DNA of 63,045 nt, filler included, from Sluysia triapertura (lineage: Eukaryota): NCBI GenBank assembly GCA_046118255.1. It is 5 parts of 5 records of this genome, joined end to end, with 100 filler letters (N's around TTAATTAATTAA, not from the genome) between each part and the next. Parts side by side here need not be neighbours in the genome. Positions count along the whole stretch, not along the records: positions 36,627 to 50,824 come from JBJNIA010003891.1; positions 50,925 to 63,045 come from JBJNIA010137729.1; 3 more parts are not named here. One strand, given 5' to 3'. Positions 39,673 to 54,014 of this stretch are shown here, piece after piece; position 1 is the stretch's first letter, and every line of letters begins with the position of its first letter. The position numbers were made by a program, and so were the translations under genes. Under the pieces are notes generated by a model. It worked only from the letters and a program-made list of their open reading frames with translations. It made no database searches and was not told where the DNA came from.

Positions 39673-42600
39673 CTAAAAATTAAAATGGAACGCAATTTTC
39701 TAATGAATATTCTTAAAACAATACTTAAATATACTTAAATATATTAAACAGCAACAGCGCCTTGAAAAAGCAGTATAACTCAGAAAATAAAAGACAAAAG
39801 ATGGGAACTCGCCAAACTGAATCCGTGGAAAAAACGATTACGAATCAAAGGGAAACCTTGAAAAAAATACAAAACAAATAAAGTCAATATTAATATACAG
39901 AAATAAATAACACATTGCAGATGTAAATAAATAAATTATATTAAAATAAATAAAGTACCATAATTAAATCTTGTAGATCTTTTTCAACATCCGTATATCA
40001 ACTGTATCCTTTTGTTTACTGAATGATTCTTCTGATACTTTGTCAGTGCTTATTTCGTTTAAAGATTCATAAAATTATCATTCGTCATTCAGACAAAGTT
40101 CTTTTTTTATATTGTTTGGCGAGTTATTTCTTTATGAATTTGATTTATCTGCCCTCATTTGTTGTTGTTCCATCCATTTAGTTTTCCTATTACTATTTCT
40201 CCGTGTGTTTCTGTATCGTTAACTCATACTTCATCGTTGTGATCATACAATAACTCTTATAATAAATATAATTTTTAATCCATCTCTTGTGTGACCTTAT
40301 TTTAGAAGATATCCACAGTTCACAATTTAACAACAATATTAATAATAATAATAATCACCATCATTATCCAATTCATTCCGGTTGTATGAACTCATCATAT
40401 GGGTGCAGTAGGAGTTTGTTTCTTTCTGAATTCTACATCTAATAAATTTTTCTATAGTATCTATTGTACTTGGAATAAAGTAGTGTTTATACTAAAAAAA
40501 TTTAAATATACACTTACATAATTATCTGAAGGTTAGTACGACTTAAATCTGTAAAGAAGGCGCCCTTTTAGGATTTCCGTAAAGTAATTGTGTAATACGT
40601 CAAAGTTTAGAAGTAGTCACGAAAAAATTCGTAAATGATTAATATGAACAAATCGTAAACTTTAAGTCAGCCCGTTACGCTCTGACAAATGATACAATAT
40701 TTTAAACTACTCAAACAGCTCAAATTAAATAAACGTTATGTAATAATATATATTAACAAAATGAATTATAAAGAACAAAATATATAATAGAATGGTTAAA
40801 ACAATAATTATAATAACGATAGTGATTTTAAAACCCTACGATTAATTCTTAGATTTTTACAAAAATTGATTTTGTTGCAAGTTGACCTAGCCTGTAGTGT
40901 ATAGGATGATATTCTATGATTTTAAGTAAAAATTTTATTTATCCTACTATTTACAGTTAGGATTTTGTTAATAAACTTATTTAGAATAGCCTTGCTTATT
41001 CATGGAAATTGTATTTAATGCTGCCGAAGATAATATAAGTGTTGCTTTAGATTCTTTGTTGTGTTATGAATTAATTCCAAAAATGCAAATGCAAATCTGT
41101 CATGTTTGTTTATTTTTAATACTTTTAAATAAAAATTATGCGATAAAACAAGATTGTTTATTTTATTTAAAAATTATTTATTCACTAAAGTCACAAGTGG
41201 TTTTTCTTTTATAATAAATTTAGTAATTAAAATTTTAATATATTTAATAATATTTAGTAATTATAATAATTAAAATAAAGTCATAAATTACCATAAAAAT
41301 CATAAATTATAATAAAATCATAAAATAAACATCAATGTTAAATATTAAATGTTAAGTTTTCCAAATAAATAAATATCAATTAAATATCAATGTCAGCTTT
41401 ACAACAAGTCGAATTTTACTTTTCTGCTTTGTACTTATTACTGATATTTTCTGTAATTTTCTCACTGATACTTTTTGTCAAATCTTGATCTGACACTAAA
41501 ATTTAGGTGGGTTAACACAAATTCATCCATGGATATAAGAGTTAATCTACATTTTAAATCTCTTTCATTTGTACGTAATCCAATTTTAAAATAGGGTAAT
41601 ATATCGAGCTATGTAACAACTGAATAACATTAAGATTTACAATACTGTATAAATATCGTTAATTACCGGGACACTTGCATTAGCACATAATCATTACGTT
41701 TCAAAGTCATGATTTTAATTCTACGGTAAAATTACATCAATACTAAAAGGCAATATGGGATAATAATAAATCACACATAATAATAAATCACATATTACAA
41801 TAATAAATCACAATATCGCTTACTATTAAATTGCAACTGTACCTGCTACTACTTCATTACACTAAAACAATGAAAGAACAGATATTACGATGAAATAATT
41901 TTTACGCCCAAGCTTATTGTCCTATATAGTGGTTCAATCCTTTACCTGCGATTACATTACTCCACCACCATCACGCACATCAACGTGTAACATTTTGTAA
42001 ATAATGTATTATAAAGTATTTTTTAGTATATAATAGAAATTTTAGTTAATCATGTATTCTGTAAATAATTAAATAATATATTATAATGTATTTTTTAGTA
42101 TTAAAAAATAAAATTCTATTTTAATTATAAATTATTATTGTATTAATATTTATTGTATTATTATAAATTGTATTATATTGTATTAATTGTATTATTTTAT
42201 ATTTACAATAATTTACCGATTATATTAGTTCAAAATACGTAAAATATGATTTATATATTTTATTGCTATTATAATAAAAAACAATTTATTTGTTACTTTA
42301 TTGCTATTATGATGCAAAACAAATTTATTTGTCATCTAAAAATTTTTTTAAATAATTTATGATTAATAACAACTGTATTTACTGGAGTATATAAGTACAA
42401 AATAATATTAAAAATCACACAAGATATAAGGCACAAGTTATTTTGGTTTTAAAGATTTTTGCACGTTACGGAACAAATACATTCAGTAATTTAAGGAGAT
42501 TTTACGGAACAATCACATCTAATTGTTAAAGAAGATAAAAAATATTTTTGTTTATAAAGACAATTTTAATTCATACTATCAGTTGCAGTTTTCGTCAAAA

Positions 42601-44009
42601 GACCAACATTATTTTGATACTGGAAAAAATATCATTGGTGGAATACTCCAGAAAATAATACATCATTATAATTTCTAGTTTTGATCAAGTAAGATAATAA
42701 TTGGTAAGTTATAACGCTTTGATACTCTCGGCGTCAAACTCTCACTTAAAATATCAGTTAATCTTTCAAAAATCCAAATATTATACCTGGATTAATCTAA
42801 TCTTAAAATATTGATTAAAATTAAAGAATCATTTATTGTATTTGAAATTAGATATTTTTATTATATTTACTTATATTATTTTTAACCAAAAATTTGTGTT
42901 TAATAAATCTTTTGTATTATTCTAGTTTATTTTTCGGTTAATATTTAAGAGCACAGTTTAAACTTGATTCAGAATAATTTTAGACAACAAAAAATAATAG
43001 ATAAAATAAAGAAAATTTTAAGGAACATAAGATTATAGAAAAGAAGATTAATAAAATCCTCATCAATTGATATAAATATAAGAGAAACTTTTGAAGTGCA
43101 CCAACCTTTGAATATAAAGAGAAGAGATTTAAAAAGAAATTAGTTATTAATAAAATTACAAATTGAAATTAACTTTTTTCACAGTCAGATCTCTAGATAC
43201 GTCCACTTTATGTTGTAAATCGTAGCTTAGAGACGAACCTCATTAAATTTTATAATTGTTAAATAAGTAAGAAAATTATTAACACTTTTTTCAATCTCTT
43301 GAAGCAGTAAAGCTACGAAATTCTAAATAGGTCCAACTTATCGTTTCAGTTATCAACATTGTCACACTAACTGTTACAAACCATCTATCATTATTGTAAT
43401 CCATAAACAAAACTCTAACGTAACCTAACACAATCATTAAGAAAAACAACACATACAAAACAAAAAGTAAGACACATTGATAACAACTAAAATTTTCACA
43501 ATGACAATACCTACATCAACACATACACAAGTGCAATCTAAAATCTAATAATTCTAGTGTATATAAAACATTATTGTTGTATTAATGTTATTGTATTTCT
43601 ATCTTTCTATTTTATCATTTTTATAATTTATTGTTTATTCTTTTTTTAATTAAAACCGTTTCTTATTTTTTGCAATACGATTTTAGAGTGAAATTGTAAG
43701 AGTATTATTATTTTTATCAGCTTACTACTTTCAGTCTTGAAATAAGTGTAACTTTTATTACTATAAAGATACATGAATTTGACATTACAAATATTTTGAC
43801 AAACAATGAATATAATCTATTTCATGAAATAAAGAGTTCTCAGGATTATGATAAAGATTTGCATCTCGAAATAGATATACTTTGACGATTGCGTTTACTT
43901 GTAATTCTTAATTATATATTTTAGTGTTTTGTGTTTCATTTATATTTATAAGATGCTTCTGAGAAATATTAATAAAATCCCAAAAAAGTAGTTTTTATTT
44001 AAATCTTAA

Positions 44010-44221
44010 CACATTAAAGGCGAGGGATCTTGACGAAATTTAAAAATTTACTGTAAGTAGAATTTGAACAACCGAACAGCTTCAAACCACAAAACATACT
44101 AAATAAAATGTAAAGTGGGGCATGGATTGCGCAATGTGATTGCAAAGCGTACTAATACGACTCCCGCCTTTAAGCTACAGTCGAGATAAATCGTAGTACT
44201 ACGACTTCCGCCTTTAATGTG
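44010..44221. mobile_element. piggyBac-type MITE, 212 bp
   Basis: TTAA|CACATTAAAGGCG ... CGCCTTTAATGTG|TTAA; internal second copy of TACGACTCCCGCCTTTAA at about 44156-44173. Confidence 0.85.
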
Positions 44222-44959
44222 TTAAGAGATTGCTGCTTGCATAGCTTCTGAAAATTTTTGAAAGACTAAAAATGTTTGAAATTTAAAAAATAAATATATA
44301 ATGAAAAATTTCGAAATATCAAATCAAGATGTGCTTATTATTGAATATCCATGAAAAAAAGTATTGAAATTTCAGGTGGTGCTTAAGATATAAAATATGA
44401 GAGAAGATGCTTAATTGCTTTGTATGGAAATAAAAAATCGTAAAACTGGTGAAACAACATTTATTCCGGAAGCTCTGCGTTTTGTCAAGTCTCTATCATT
44501 TTGTGGTTATAAGGTTGCTAATTAATAAAAATATTTTGGTTAAGATGAATTTTTTTGTTACTCAAAATAACGATGGAGAATGTCGGATCATTAGAAGTAG
44601 AGTTAGATGATATCTGAAATTGAAACGCCGAAATTATGGTGAAGAAACGAAATATTTTATTTATATTAATCATGAAGAACAAATCGAAGTCCCTAACAGC
44701 GATAGAAAATCTAACTGTATTTCTAATTTTTAATCAATTACACCTTATACGGATAGTGAAACGTTTCGAAGAATAGCTGAATTTGAATATATATTGAAGT
44801 TCATTATTGTTATTTCAAATTCCATAACGATAAAATTAAAATTTGCAAAGGGCACTAAAATTTGCTAGAGTAAATGACAAATTTAATACTATTAAACGTA
44901 CAAATGCATAATTTCTTTTTAACATAAATTGAAAACAACCAAATCCTATTCATCACATG

Positions 44960-45150
44960 CATTGTCAGTAAAACAGGAAATTTTAGATGGAAAATAATGT
45001 GTAATCACATCAAAATAGAAGAGTAATCTCAAGCGAAATATGTTATTCCGTAATAGGAAGTGTCCAGTAATTATTTATGCCTTAAAACAATTCAAACAAT
45101 ATTTCGTGACAAAAATACCCTTACATGAACCATTGGTGCACTTAGGTGGT
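44960..45150 (+). mobile_element. Ty3/Gypsy-like RNase H fragment
   Basis: KCPVIIYALKQFKQYF...LHEPLVHL resembles the ECLAIxxALxxFxxYL...TDHxPL motif; preceded by EILDGK. Confidence 0.45.
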
Positions 45151-47040
45151 ATTAGACATATCTGCCACATTTTAAATAAAAGTAGTTATTAAAAGTAGTT
45201 ATCTAGTAAAAGTAGTTGATAATATATTAAAAAATACAAATGTTTTTAATTTCGGAAGTAATGGGTTAATAAATAAATGTTTTTTCTTTCGCATCTTTCT
45301 TTTGAAATTCCTTGACTAAATTTAAGATACCTTACTTAATTTTAAAATTTATTAAAAATGACTTTAAAAAAGTTTGATATTCCATGAGAAAATAAATAGC
45401 AAAAATACTAATATGTATTTCTTATCAATTTCTACAATTATTACATTTTAATAGGAAAAAGTGTAAAGTTAGAAATTATTTGCCTTAAGGTAAGAATATC
45501 AAGCCAATATATAAAAAGTTCAAATTAAAAAATGTGTTTTGCAACATTTGTGCTGTCACAAAGAAGCATACTTTGTATTATACTTAAATGTTTTTAATCA
45601 GCATTTAAATTGTGTATTAGATATTTGTAAATAAAGAAATGTATAATCTTAATTTAATTTACAAACTTATTTTAATGTCTGAAAAATACATAAAATCTAA
45701 AAATAAGTATAGATTGTATTTTTAATGTTGTATTAATTAATTAATTGCTAAATAGCTTACGGGTATGCTAGTTTGCAAATTATTTTAAAAAAATATAATT
45801 CACTAATTAATGCTAATTTAATAATGCATTGCTTTACATAGATTTTTACTTCTTGATTATAATAATACAGTATAATTTACACAAACAAAATGAATATAAA
45901 TATTATAATTAATTCGACATAATTAGAAAATGCGGTTTTATTTTTGAATTCTATTATGTTAAAAAATATTTTAGAATTATGTATTTCATTAATAAAATTT
46001 CATAAATGTTTGATTCATTGAATGACAGATTTTAATTATCGAAATTGAATATTTAATTTTTAGTATTTATTTGACAAACAATAGCTTATTATTTTCAAAT
46101 AAAAACACTTGATTGAGAAATTAGATTACTGCTGAATATACAATGATAAATAATAGCAGATATTTATCATTAAGTTTCATGAATTAATTTATTGTACAAT
46201 TATTGGTAATTAAATATTAATATTAAAAATATTTTTAAATCAATATTGAATATTAAATTATTTATATTTAATAAATTAGCTTTAGTTGAATTATGTTAAT
46301 TAGGTATCGGTTTGGTAAACAAGAGGTAAAGGTCGAAATTTTGAATTGAATTTATTACTAAATGTGCCTAAGCATCTTAAAATCATGTGTGCATTTTCAT
46401 AAGCTTGTTAATGTAACTCTAACGGTACCTACTTATTGAAATATAATAGTTACAACAAATCATCAGTCGGCTTGTAACTAATGGAATTAATATTTTACCA
46501 AAATGGCACTGCATGGCGAACGAGGTGAAATTAAGACCTCATCGAAAGTTTGTAAAAGTCTATAATTACTTGAAAAAATTGTAATCTTTTGAAAGCTCAT
46601 AGAGGTATTTTTAAAGTCGAAGATTTATTATTGGTCAAAAAGTACAAAATAAATACAACTACATATTTCTTGTATTCAAATAAATAAGGTTATGTTAATG
46701 ACAGATTGCACATTACATAATTTTCATATTGATTTGATATTATTATTGAGCGCAATGGAAAATTATTACTATTTATTACAAAATTATATATTTGCAGTTA
46801 TGTGTAAAAAAATTATTGAGAATTTACTTTTCTAAGAAATTGAAAACACTGTTTACAATCAATTTAATATAGGTTTTTTAATGTTTACTTAATCAGTATT
46901 TAAAATAATATCGAATGTAAATTTTTCATCATTTAAAATAAAAATATTGTACATTCTTTTGTACATTTGTAAACAGCAATGTTGAAATTCCAGAGTTAAT
47001 TCATTAAAAAGGGTGTGAAAAAAGTGCATAATATATAAGC

Positions 47041-47106
<66 letters not shown>

Positions 47107-47619
47107 TTAATTAATTTTTTATTAATTTTCCGGTTGATTAAATTTTTTATGCATTATTAATATAAAAAAAATTTAAATTAAAAATTTATATAAAAATTAT
47201 TTACTTTTAATTAAAATAAATTTGAATTGAATTAATTTTTTTATTCTTAAGCATTAATATAATGGAGATATGTATTTGTAACTTTGTATCATTATTTATA
47301 CTTTTAAACAAATTTGACCTGTTTATAAGTTTTCGTTTTGTAATTAAGTTATTATTAAGTACTTTAATTATAAGCAATAGAAAATCAGTAAATTTAAATT
47401 TTATTAAAACAGATTTTATTTTCTGAGTTTTATGCAAATAATTATTTGATATTAAGCGAGACAAACTTTATATTAATTTAGGGTGGTGAATAGCCATTAG
47501 TTTGCTAACACTAAAAGTTTATATATGAAAAAGGTCTAAAGCAAAACAATAGTAAACATTTGTCCATACTTTGTTAAATCACTGTTAAAATACTTTAAGA
47601 ATTTTATTTCATCAATACA

Positions 47620-48300
47620 CAATAAAACCACTCTTCAGAATGTTCTCAATTGTTATTACCATCAAGCATTTTAAACATAAAATTTCACAACAGAATATCT
47701 TATTCGACATCGAAAATCATCAAACATGCACTTTAAAAATTAAATTGAAACATTTTAAAATTAATTTAACACATTTCATAACATTTTACCCATCTTTCTA
47801 TCAAAACCTTTTTCATATTTTATTTCTTCAGATCCACCAGAACTATTCTCATTTTAAGTTACATTTTTATGACACCAAAATCACTTCTACATCCAAAACC
47901 ATTAACACACATTAAATTTTATTCAAAACATTTTAATCCACAATTTCATAACACCAGAATTACAATTTACATCAAAAACACATCTTAAAACTAACCCAAA
48001 ATATTTCAAGTTCTCAATACATTCACACTCAAGTATTTACATTTGAAAAACTTTAAGTTCACACCTTTAACCGTTTTTGACATTTTCAAGTCAACAAACT
48101 TCATTTTTGTCAAATTCATTTAATTATATGCTGAGAAATAAGTCATTAAAAGCAAAGCTTGTGTATAAAATATTTGAAGACAAAGTTTATGCGTTTATCT
48201 TTATTCTATTTTATTTATTATTATTATTACTACTTTATAATTAGTATTATTATTTCATTTAAATTTTATTATCTATACATATTATTATCATTACCATTAT
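47620..48300 (+). repeat. About 700-bp dispersed G-poor repeat, copy C
   Basis: As above; ACACATTAAATTTTATTCAA shared with 2427-2446. Confidence 0.7.
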
Positions 48301-49999
48301 TAACTGTCATATTTTGATTTAACTACTCTATGATTTCGGTTGCTATCTAACTAATTAAAGTAAATCTGTCATTACCTGACAGAAAGTTATACAGGCACAC
48401 AGATTCATTTCGTGTTAGCTGTGTGATGAGTGTTAGGTGCGTGATTATAGCAGTTGATTGGACAGCGAATCAAAACGATTTTAACATTTTAAGTTTACTC
48501 ACTGCCATTGCACGCCCAATCAACATCGTTAACTTATTTATGCAGCCTAAAATTAAACAACATATAATATAAAGAAGCCGATGCGTTAGACACAAAAATA
48601 AATAAAAATTAATAAACATTTGTGTTACTCAAAAATTTAAAAAAGAAAAACGCAACGATTATATAGTTAAAAGAAAAGTATTTCAGAAAATAAACGAGAA
48701 GGATAATGATAATGCTAACTCAAAATTACTTAAATTTCAAAGGCCATGTTCGTTATCATTTTCAAATAAAAATTCTATTCACAGGTTAATGCTTCATTTA
48801 ATACCTATTCCATCAATCGATGTTGATAATAATACAGTTTATTATGTTGTGTCATTATTGATCATGAAGCATTCTCAATGTTTAAAATGTGAATTAAAGA
48901 TTTCACATACTAACAAAACAATACCTTTTGATATTGATACTTTCGAATTGATAGACATTCAAGCTGTACGAAAATTAACAAAATTTATTCATTCATTCTA
49001 AAACTCAATGTATAAAGTTCTTCAATGTTTCATTAAGATTTACAGTATTTGTTTCAAGTCATTATTTTCAAGAACTAAAAAGAATACAATATCGCATCAA
49101 AAACGCTCTTCAAGTCATGCCAAACAATTAATCTACTCATTGTTTACTAATGCGCGCGAACCGGTTACAAATACTTACGCTAAATCAAGCACCTATCCAT
49201 TTTATCTCTTTCTCCGACATATTAGTTATTCAAGTTAATTTTGGATTTTTAAATTGGTATCGTCAATGATATAGTTGAACCGTCGATCGAATTTCAAGAC
49301 CAATCTATCTTCCCGCCATCTTTAGATACAATTTCTATCAATCGACTACAAACAGCACAATGGCGCAGCCAACTCGATCGTTATAACAGGTGCATAATGT
49401 ATGGATTATACTGTCCATGCTTTCATAACATAACCCAAATCGACAACAATTGTGACTTATCAACAGGATATAGAATAAGAGTTGATCAACTAATGATATC
49501 ATTAAAGCACGGAGCTCAACAATCATGCGGACAAATTGATACTATCGCATCAAACGAGATCTACAATAGCACCCACATCATCCACAATGTAATTTCACTT
49601 CTTTTACCAAATTTTATAGATAAATTTTATTATTTATTATTTTACAGGAATCTGCAATCCGAAGGGCTGGCAATGCATTTGACACCAACAGTAACAATAT
49701 CTAATATACAGAATTTAAAAATATTAATGGTAAAATTTAAACTAAATATTTATAAAAATAAAACTTCCTGTCTTTTTTCGTTTATTTTAATATTTATTCG
49801 GATATATCTGAAATAAAAGAATTACGTATAAATCTTATTAAATCAATTTTATTATACTATCCAATTTTCATGAACTTATACATATAGATTTTAAATTATA
49901 CTACCTAAAATCACATTGGAGGACTTGTACTAGGAGACTTGATTGTACTTTATGACTAAATTCTTAGGCGTATCTGAAAAATTGAATTTAGTAGTGTAA

Positions 50000-50395
50000 C
50001 ATAATGTTCATTAAAATTTTATGATTCATTTCTCAACATTTAAAATCCAATCTAAATTCCATTTAATTTAAATCACAAATTCTTAAAATAAAATTATTCT
50101 TAAAATAAGATTTAATAGAGTTAAAATAAATTTAAAATTAAGTAACCAGTTTTAAATTGAAATTAAATAAATAATCATTTTAAAATGAGATTTTATAAAG
50201 AGAATGTAAATTCAAACTTTAAGAACATAAAGTCCAATATAAGTCATTTTAATACATATGTTAAAATTATGTTAAACTGAGATTGAATAAAACTTGTATG
50301 TAATTAAAAATTAGTAACATTCTCGATTAAAATTAACTTAAATTAAGGATTGGTCAGAATGTGGTATCAAAATTAAAAGCATTATAATCGACAAA
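50000..50395 (-). repeat. Dispersed repeat, inverted partner of 36750-37085
   Basis: TGAGATTGAATAAAAC, AAGAACATAAA, TAAATAAATAATCATTTTAAA. Confidence 0.75.
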
Positions 50396-52483
50396 TATCA
50401 TCTTAAAATTAGAATGAATATAAATTATATGTAATCAAAATTTAATAACAAACTATTTAAGCAGAAGGCAATATTTGTTATATAGTATTATAATTTTTCT
50501 GTAAATATTATTACTGATATTTATTAAAACTGTAAATACTATTAACTAAATTATTATTATTGTATAATTATTATCGTACAATACTACTGTTATATAACCA
50601 AAATGTACTTTGTATATTTTTTATTAAAATTATAAATACTGTTAACTAGATACTACTAATATAAATTACTGTTGTATTAAAATTAAGATTATTATGATAC
50701 AAAATTAAATTATTGTTAATATTGGTGAAAAAGTATACCCTCTATTGTGAAACACGAAAAACTATAAATAGCTAAATAAATTTTACACAAAACACAAAGA
50801 AGTCGTCTTATACCCATATATATANNNNNNNNNNNNNNNNNNNNNNNNNNNNNNNNNNNNNNNNNNNNTTAATTAATTAANNNNNNNNNNNNNNNNNNNN
50901 NNNNNNNNNNNNNNNNNNNNNNNNACCTTAATAAAGGGTTGTGTAAATATAAAATAAATTTTCTCATACAACATCTCATTAAGGGAGTTGTGTAATTTTC
51001 TTTATCTTAACAACACCATAAAAAGGGTTGTGAAATCTAAATAAAATATTAATTAAAGAAAATTAATTTTATTCAGCTGTAAAACACATATATAAACTAA
51101 AGCTAATTCATCATAAGATAATTAATTAGTTTACGTAGTTTTTTAAGTTAAAATTCTAAATTCTAAAAACTTAGTAATACGTCTCCAAGTTTGGTATAAA
51201 GCGTATATACTAAGCGAACTAACCCTACAGATAATTTGTTAGGAATAAGGAAAATTCTAACATAAGTTTATTATTAAAGGTTATGGAATTGATATACATT
51301 ATTTCTGTTTTATTTACATTATTTAAATTTCGCTCTTTTAAGTTATTAATACGTTATTAATAATTAATTATTCTTAATTTTAATTGATATAAGTTCATTA
51401 AGTTCGATAAATCTACATTTGACAAGTCTTACGTTTTTTAAGACTTAAAATAATATTTTGTTTTATTTATTTCATTTAACTTTTTATTTTGATTATAAGT
51501 TGCTGATTAAAGTTTTTGTTTGGTGAATAAATACTTAATCTTACCAATACATGAAATTAAGTGTTACGAGTTCGCCTACGATCATAGACTTCTACACTTA
51601 AGGACTAGTTGGTAGAATTTGGAAAAACGTATTAACGGAGTTCTGATAATGGTAAGCTTTCTTATATGTCAAAGGAGAACGACGGTAATAGTAATGATAT
51701 CTTTGTTGAATTATGCAATTAGGTTATATAATATTAAATGTTCAAACGTAATTTATTTAAGGATTAATTAAATATGCATGGATAATCTGCAATAATATTT
51801 CAAGATTGAATTTCAATGATTAAAATCAATTACTTTGGTTTTGTGATTTGATGAATTAATACTGTTAATTTATTGAGACTTTAATGAGTTGTTCCCATCA
51901 TTTAATATTAGCTTAAGTAAGTTAAATTTTGATTGCTTTTCGATAAGTTATAAGTTTTAAATTCAAGTATTTATTTGATTATTATTTTGATTAAAATTCG
52001 TTAAGTTTTTTAATAATTGATACATTTTTGATTTGATTTAAGTAATAAGTTCGTAAAAGTTTCCATAAGTTATTTGTGAAGTTTATTAGATTTTAATTTT
52101 TGCTATTTCTATAATTTCGATATTTTATGAGGTTTTTCATTGATTTTGACATTATCTAATAGTTGATTTTTGAAACATAGATGGTATAGTTACCTTATCA
52201 TTTCTACATTTCGGAAAAATTATGTATCCTAAAGATATTCAATGTGGTTTCCGCATTTTTTATTATTTCCAAGAGATATTTAAGACTAAATATATTTAAA
52301 TATTTTTAACACTTTAAATATTTTTAGGCCACTAAATATATTTTATTTGAAGAATTAAAGTGCAAAATTTTTTGTACCTTATTTAAAAATTATCTCAAAA
52401 GTTAAATTACTAATGTTTATTTAGTTTATGTACGAATTTTAAGTTACTTTTGTTTTACTATTTAAGTTTTTGCTTGTTTTAAA

Positions 52484-53188
52484 ATGCCGAAAAATAAAGG
52501 TTGACTTACTATGAATAATTTTTAATTTATTTTATATAGGAAAGGGCGGTAAAAACAGAAGAAGAGGAAAGAATGAAAATGAGGCAGTTAAACGAGAACT
52601 TATTTTTAAAGAAGATGGTCAAGGTTAAATATTTTTCTTTTATTATTTAATAACAGAATACGCTAAAGTAGAAAAAATTTTGGGAAATGGTCGTTTAGAA
52701 GCTGATTGTTTTGATGGTAAGAAGAGATTGTGTCATATTCGCGGGAAGTTAAGAAAGAAGGTGTGGATTAACCAGGGCGATATTATTTTGGTTGGTCTTA
52801 GAGATTATCAAGATGGGAAAGCAGATGTGATAATGAAATATAACGCCGAAGAAGCACGAACTCTAAAATCTTATAAGGAAATTCCTGATAATATAAAAAT
52901 AGAAGAAGATAACGATATCGAATTCGACGCTACTGCTCAAGTAGATGCTGTAGATGGTGATGACAACAGTGAAAAATCGGGTTCTGAAGCTTCTGAAGAA
53001 GAGGAAGTGGAAGGTGAAGAAGATGCTGAAGACGAAGAAGAGGATGATATTCCTAATTGGGCTAGTAAAAATCCCGTCAGAAATATTAAATGGGAGAAAA
53101 ATAAACAAAGAAATAAAAAGAATAATAATGACTTCATTGAAAAGGTAAATTGATTCTGTATGTATTCACTACTTATTTTTAGATTTAA
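52484..53188 (+). CDS. EIF1A: Translation initiation factor eIF1A, 4 exons: 52484-52499, 52540-52623, 52657-53144, 53183-53188 (197 aa)
   Basis: Spliced translation [95 protein letters not shown]...; GT-AG introns 52500-52539, 52624-52656, 53145-53182 keep the frame; last exon is ATT TAA. Confidence 0.95.
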
Positions 53189-54014
53189 GAATGATCTATT
53201 TGAATTCGAAACTAAAACTTTCCTTTCGATGAAGTTATTTGCAATACATATGTAATTGTCTTTTAATATAGTTAAAGGAATGATATTTGAAGTGATTATT
53301 AATTTTTTGCCAATAAAGGTTTTAGTTTTAAAATTTATATCAAGCGTTAGAAATACGTAATGTCTAAAGTGTAACTAGAGAAGTGTAATTTCTCTAAAAA
53401 GGAAAAAACAATTAATATTATAAAGATATATTTACAGTGAAATGAAAAATTGAACTTTAGTTGAAAATGTTTTAGCGAGTATATTTTATTGTTGCGTAGA
53501 ATTTTACTTGTATTTTAATTTTAATTTATGTATAATAGCATTACTTGTAAATATTTAAACTGAGATTAGATTGTATGGATTTAAATATATTGAAGTGTTT
53601 TTACTTTCTTTTAGGCAATGGCTGAGTAATTACTATAATCTAATACTTGTGATCTTAAATTTGTGAATGTTGAAAATAATGCGTTTTATGTATAAGTTTT
53701 AGAAAACGATTTTAAACATCCGATAAAATTTTAATTGAGTTTAAAGTTATTTAAAGTTACAAATAATATGTAATATGTGTTTACAAATTATTCGTTTCTG
53801 AAAATGTTCACTGTAAAATTGTACTTTTTAGGCAAATGTAAAAACGACGATTCAGTAAAATTATTTATAATGATGGCATTAAACTTTAGGCAAAAATACC
53901 CAATATGTTATATGTTGATACCTTAATTTGAATAGTTAAAACTTTTTTAAATTAGAAATTCTTCTGAACACGTTTTTTGAGTTTTTTTTACAGGTGAAAG
54001 TTTGATTTTATAAA

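Noticed and set aside
45754-45772. Possible Helitron 3' end (short hairpin plus CTAG|T)
   Set aside because: Too short and not linked to other Helitron sequence.
52863-53148. Antisense and alternate-frame ORFs over eIF1A, and 55370-55555 over GATAD2
   Set aside because: Shadow ORFs of biased coding sequence; the track's TTG start at 52680 is an internal Leu of exon 3.
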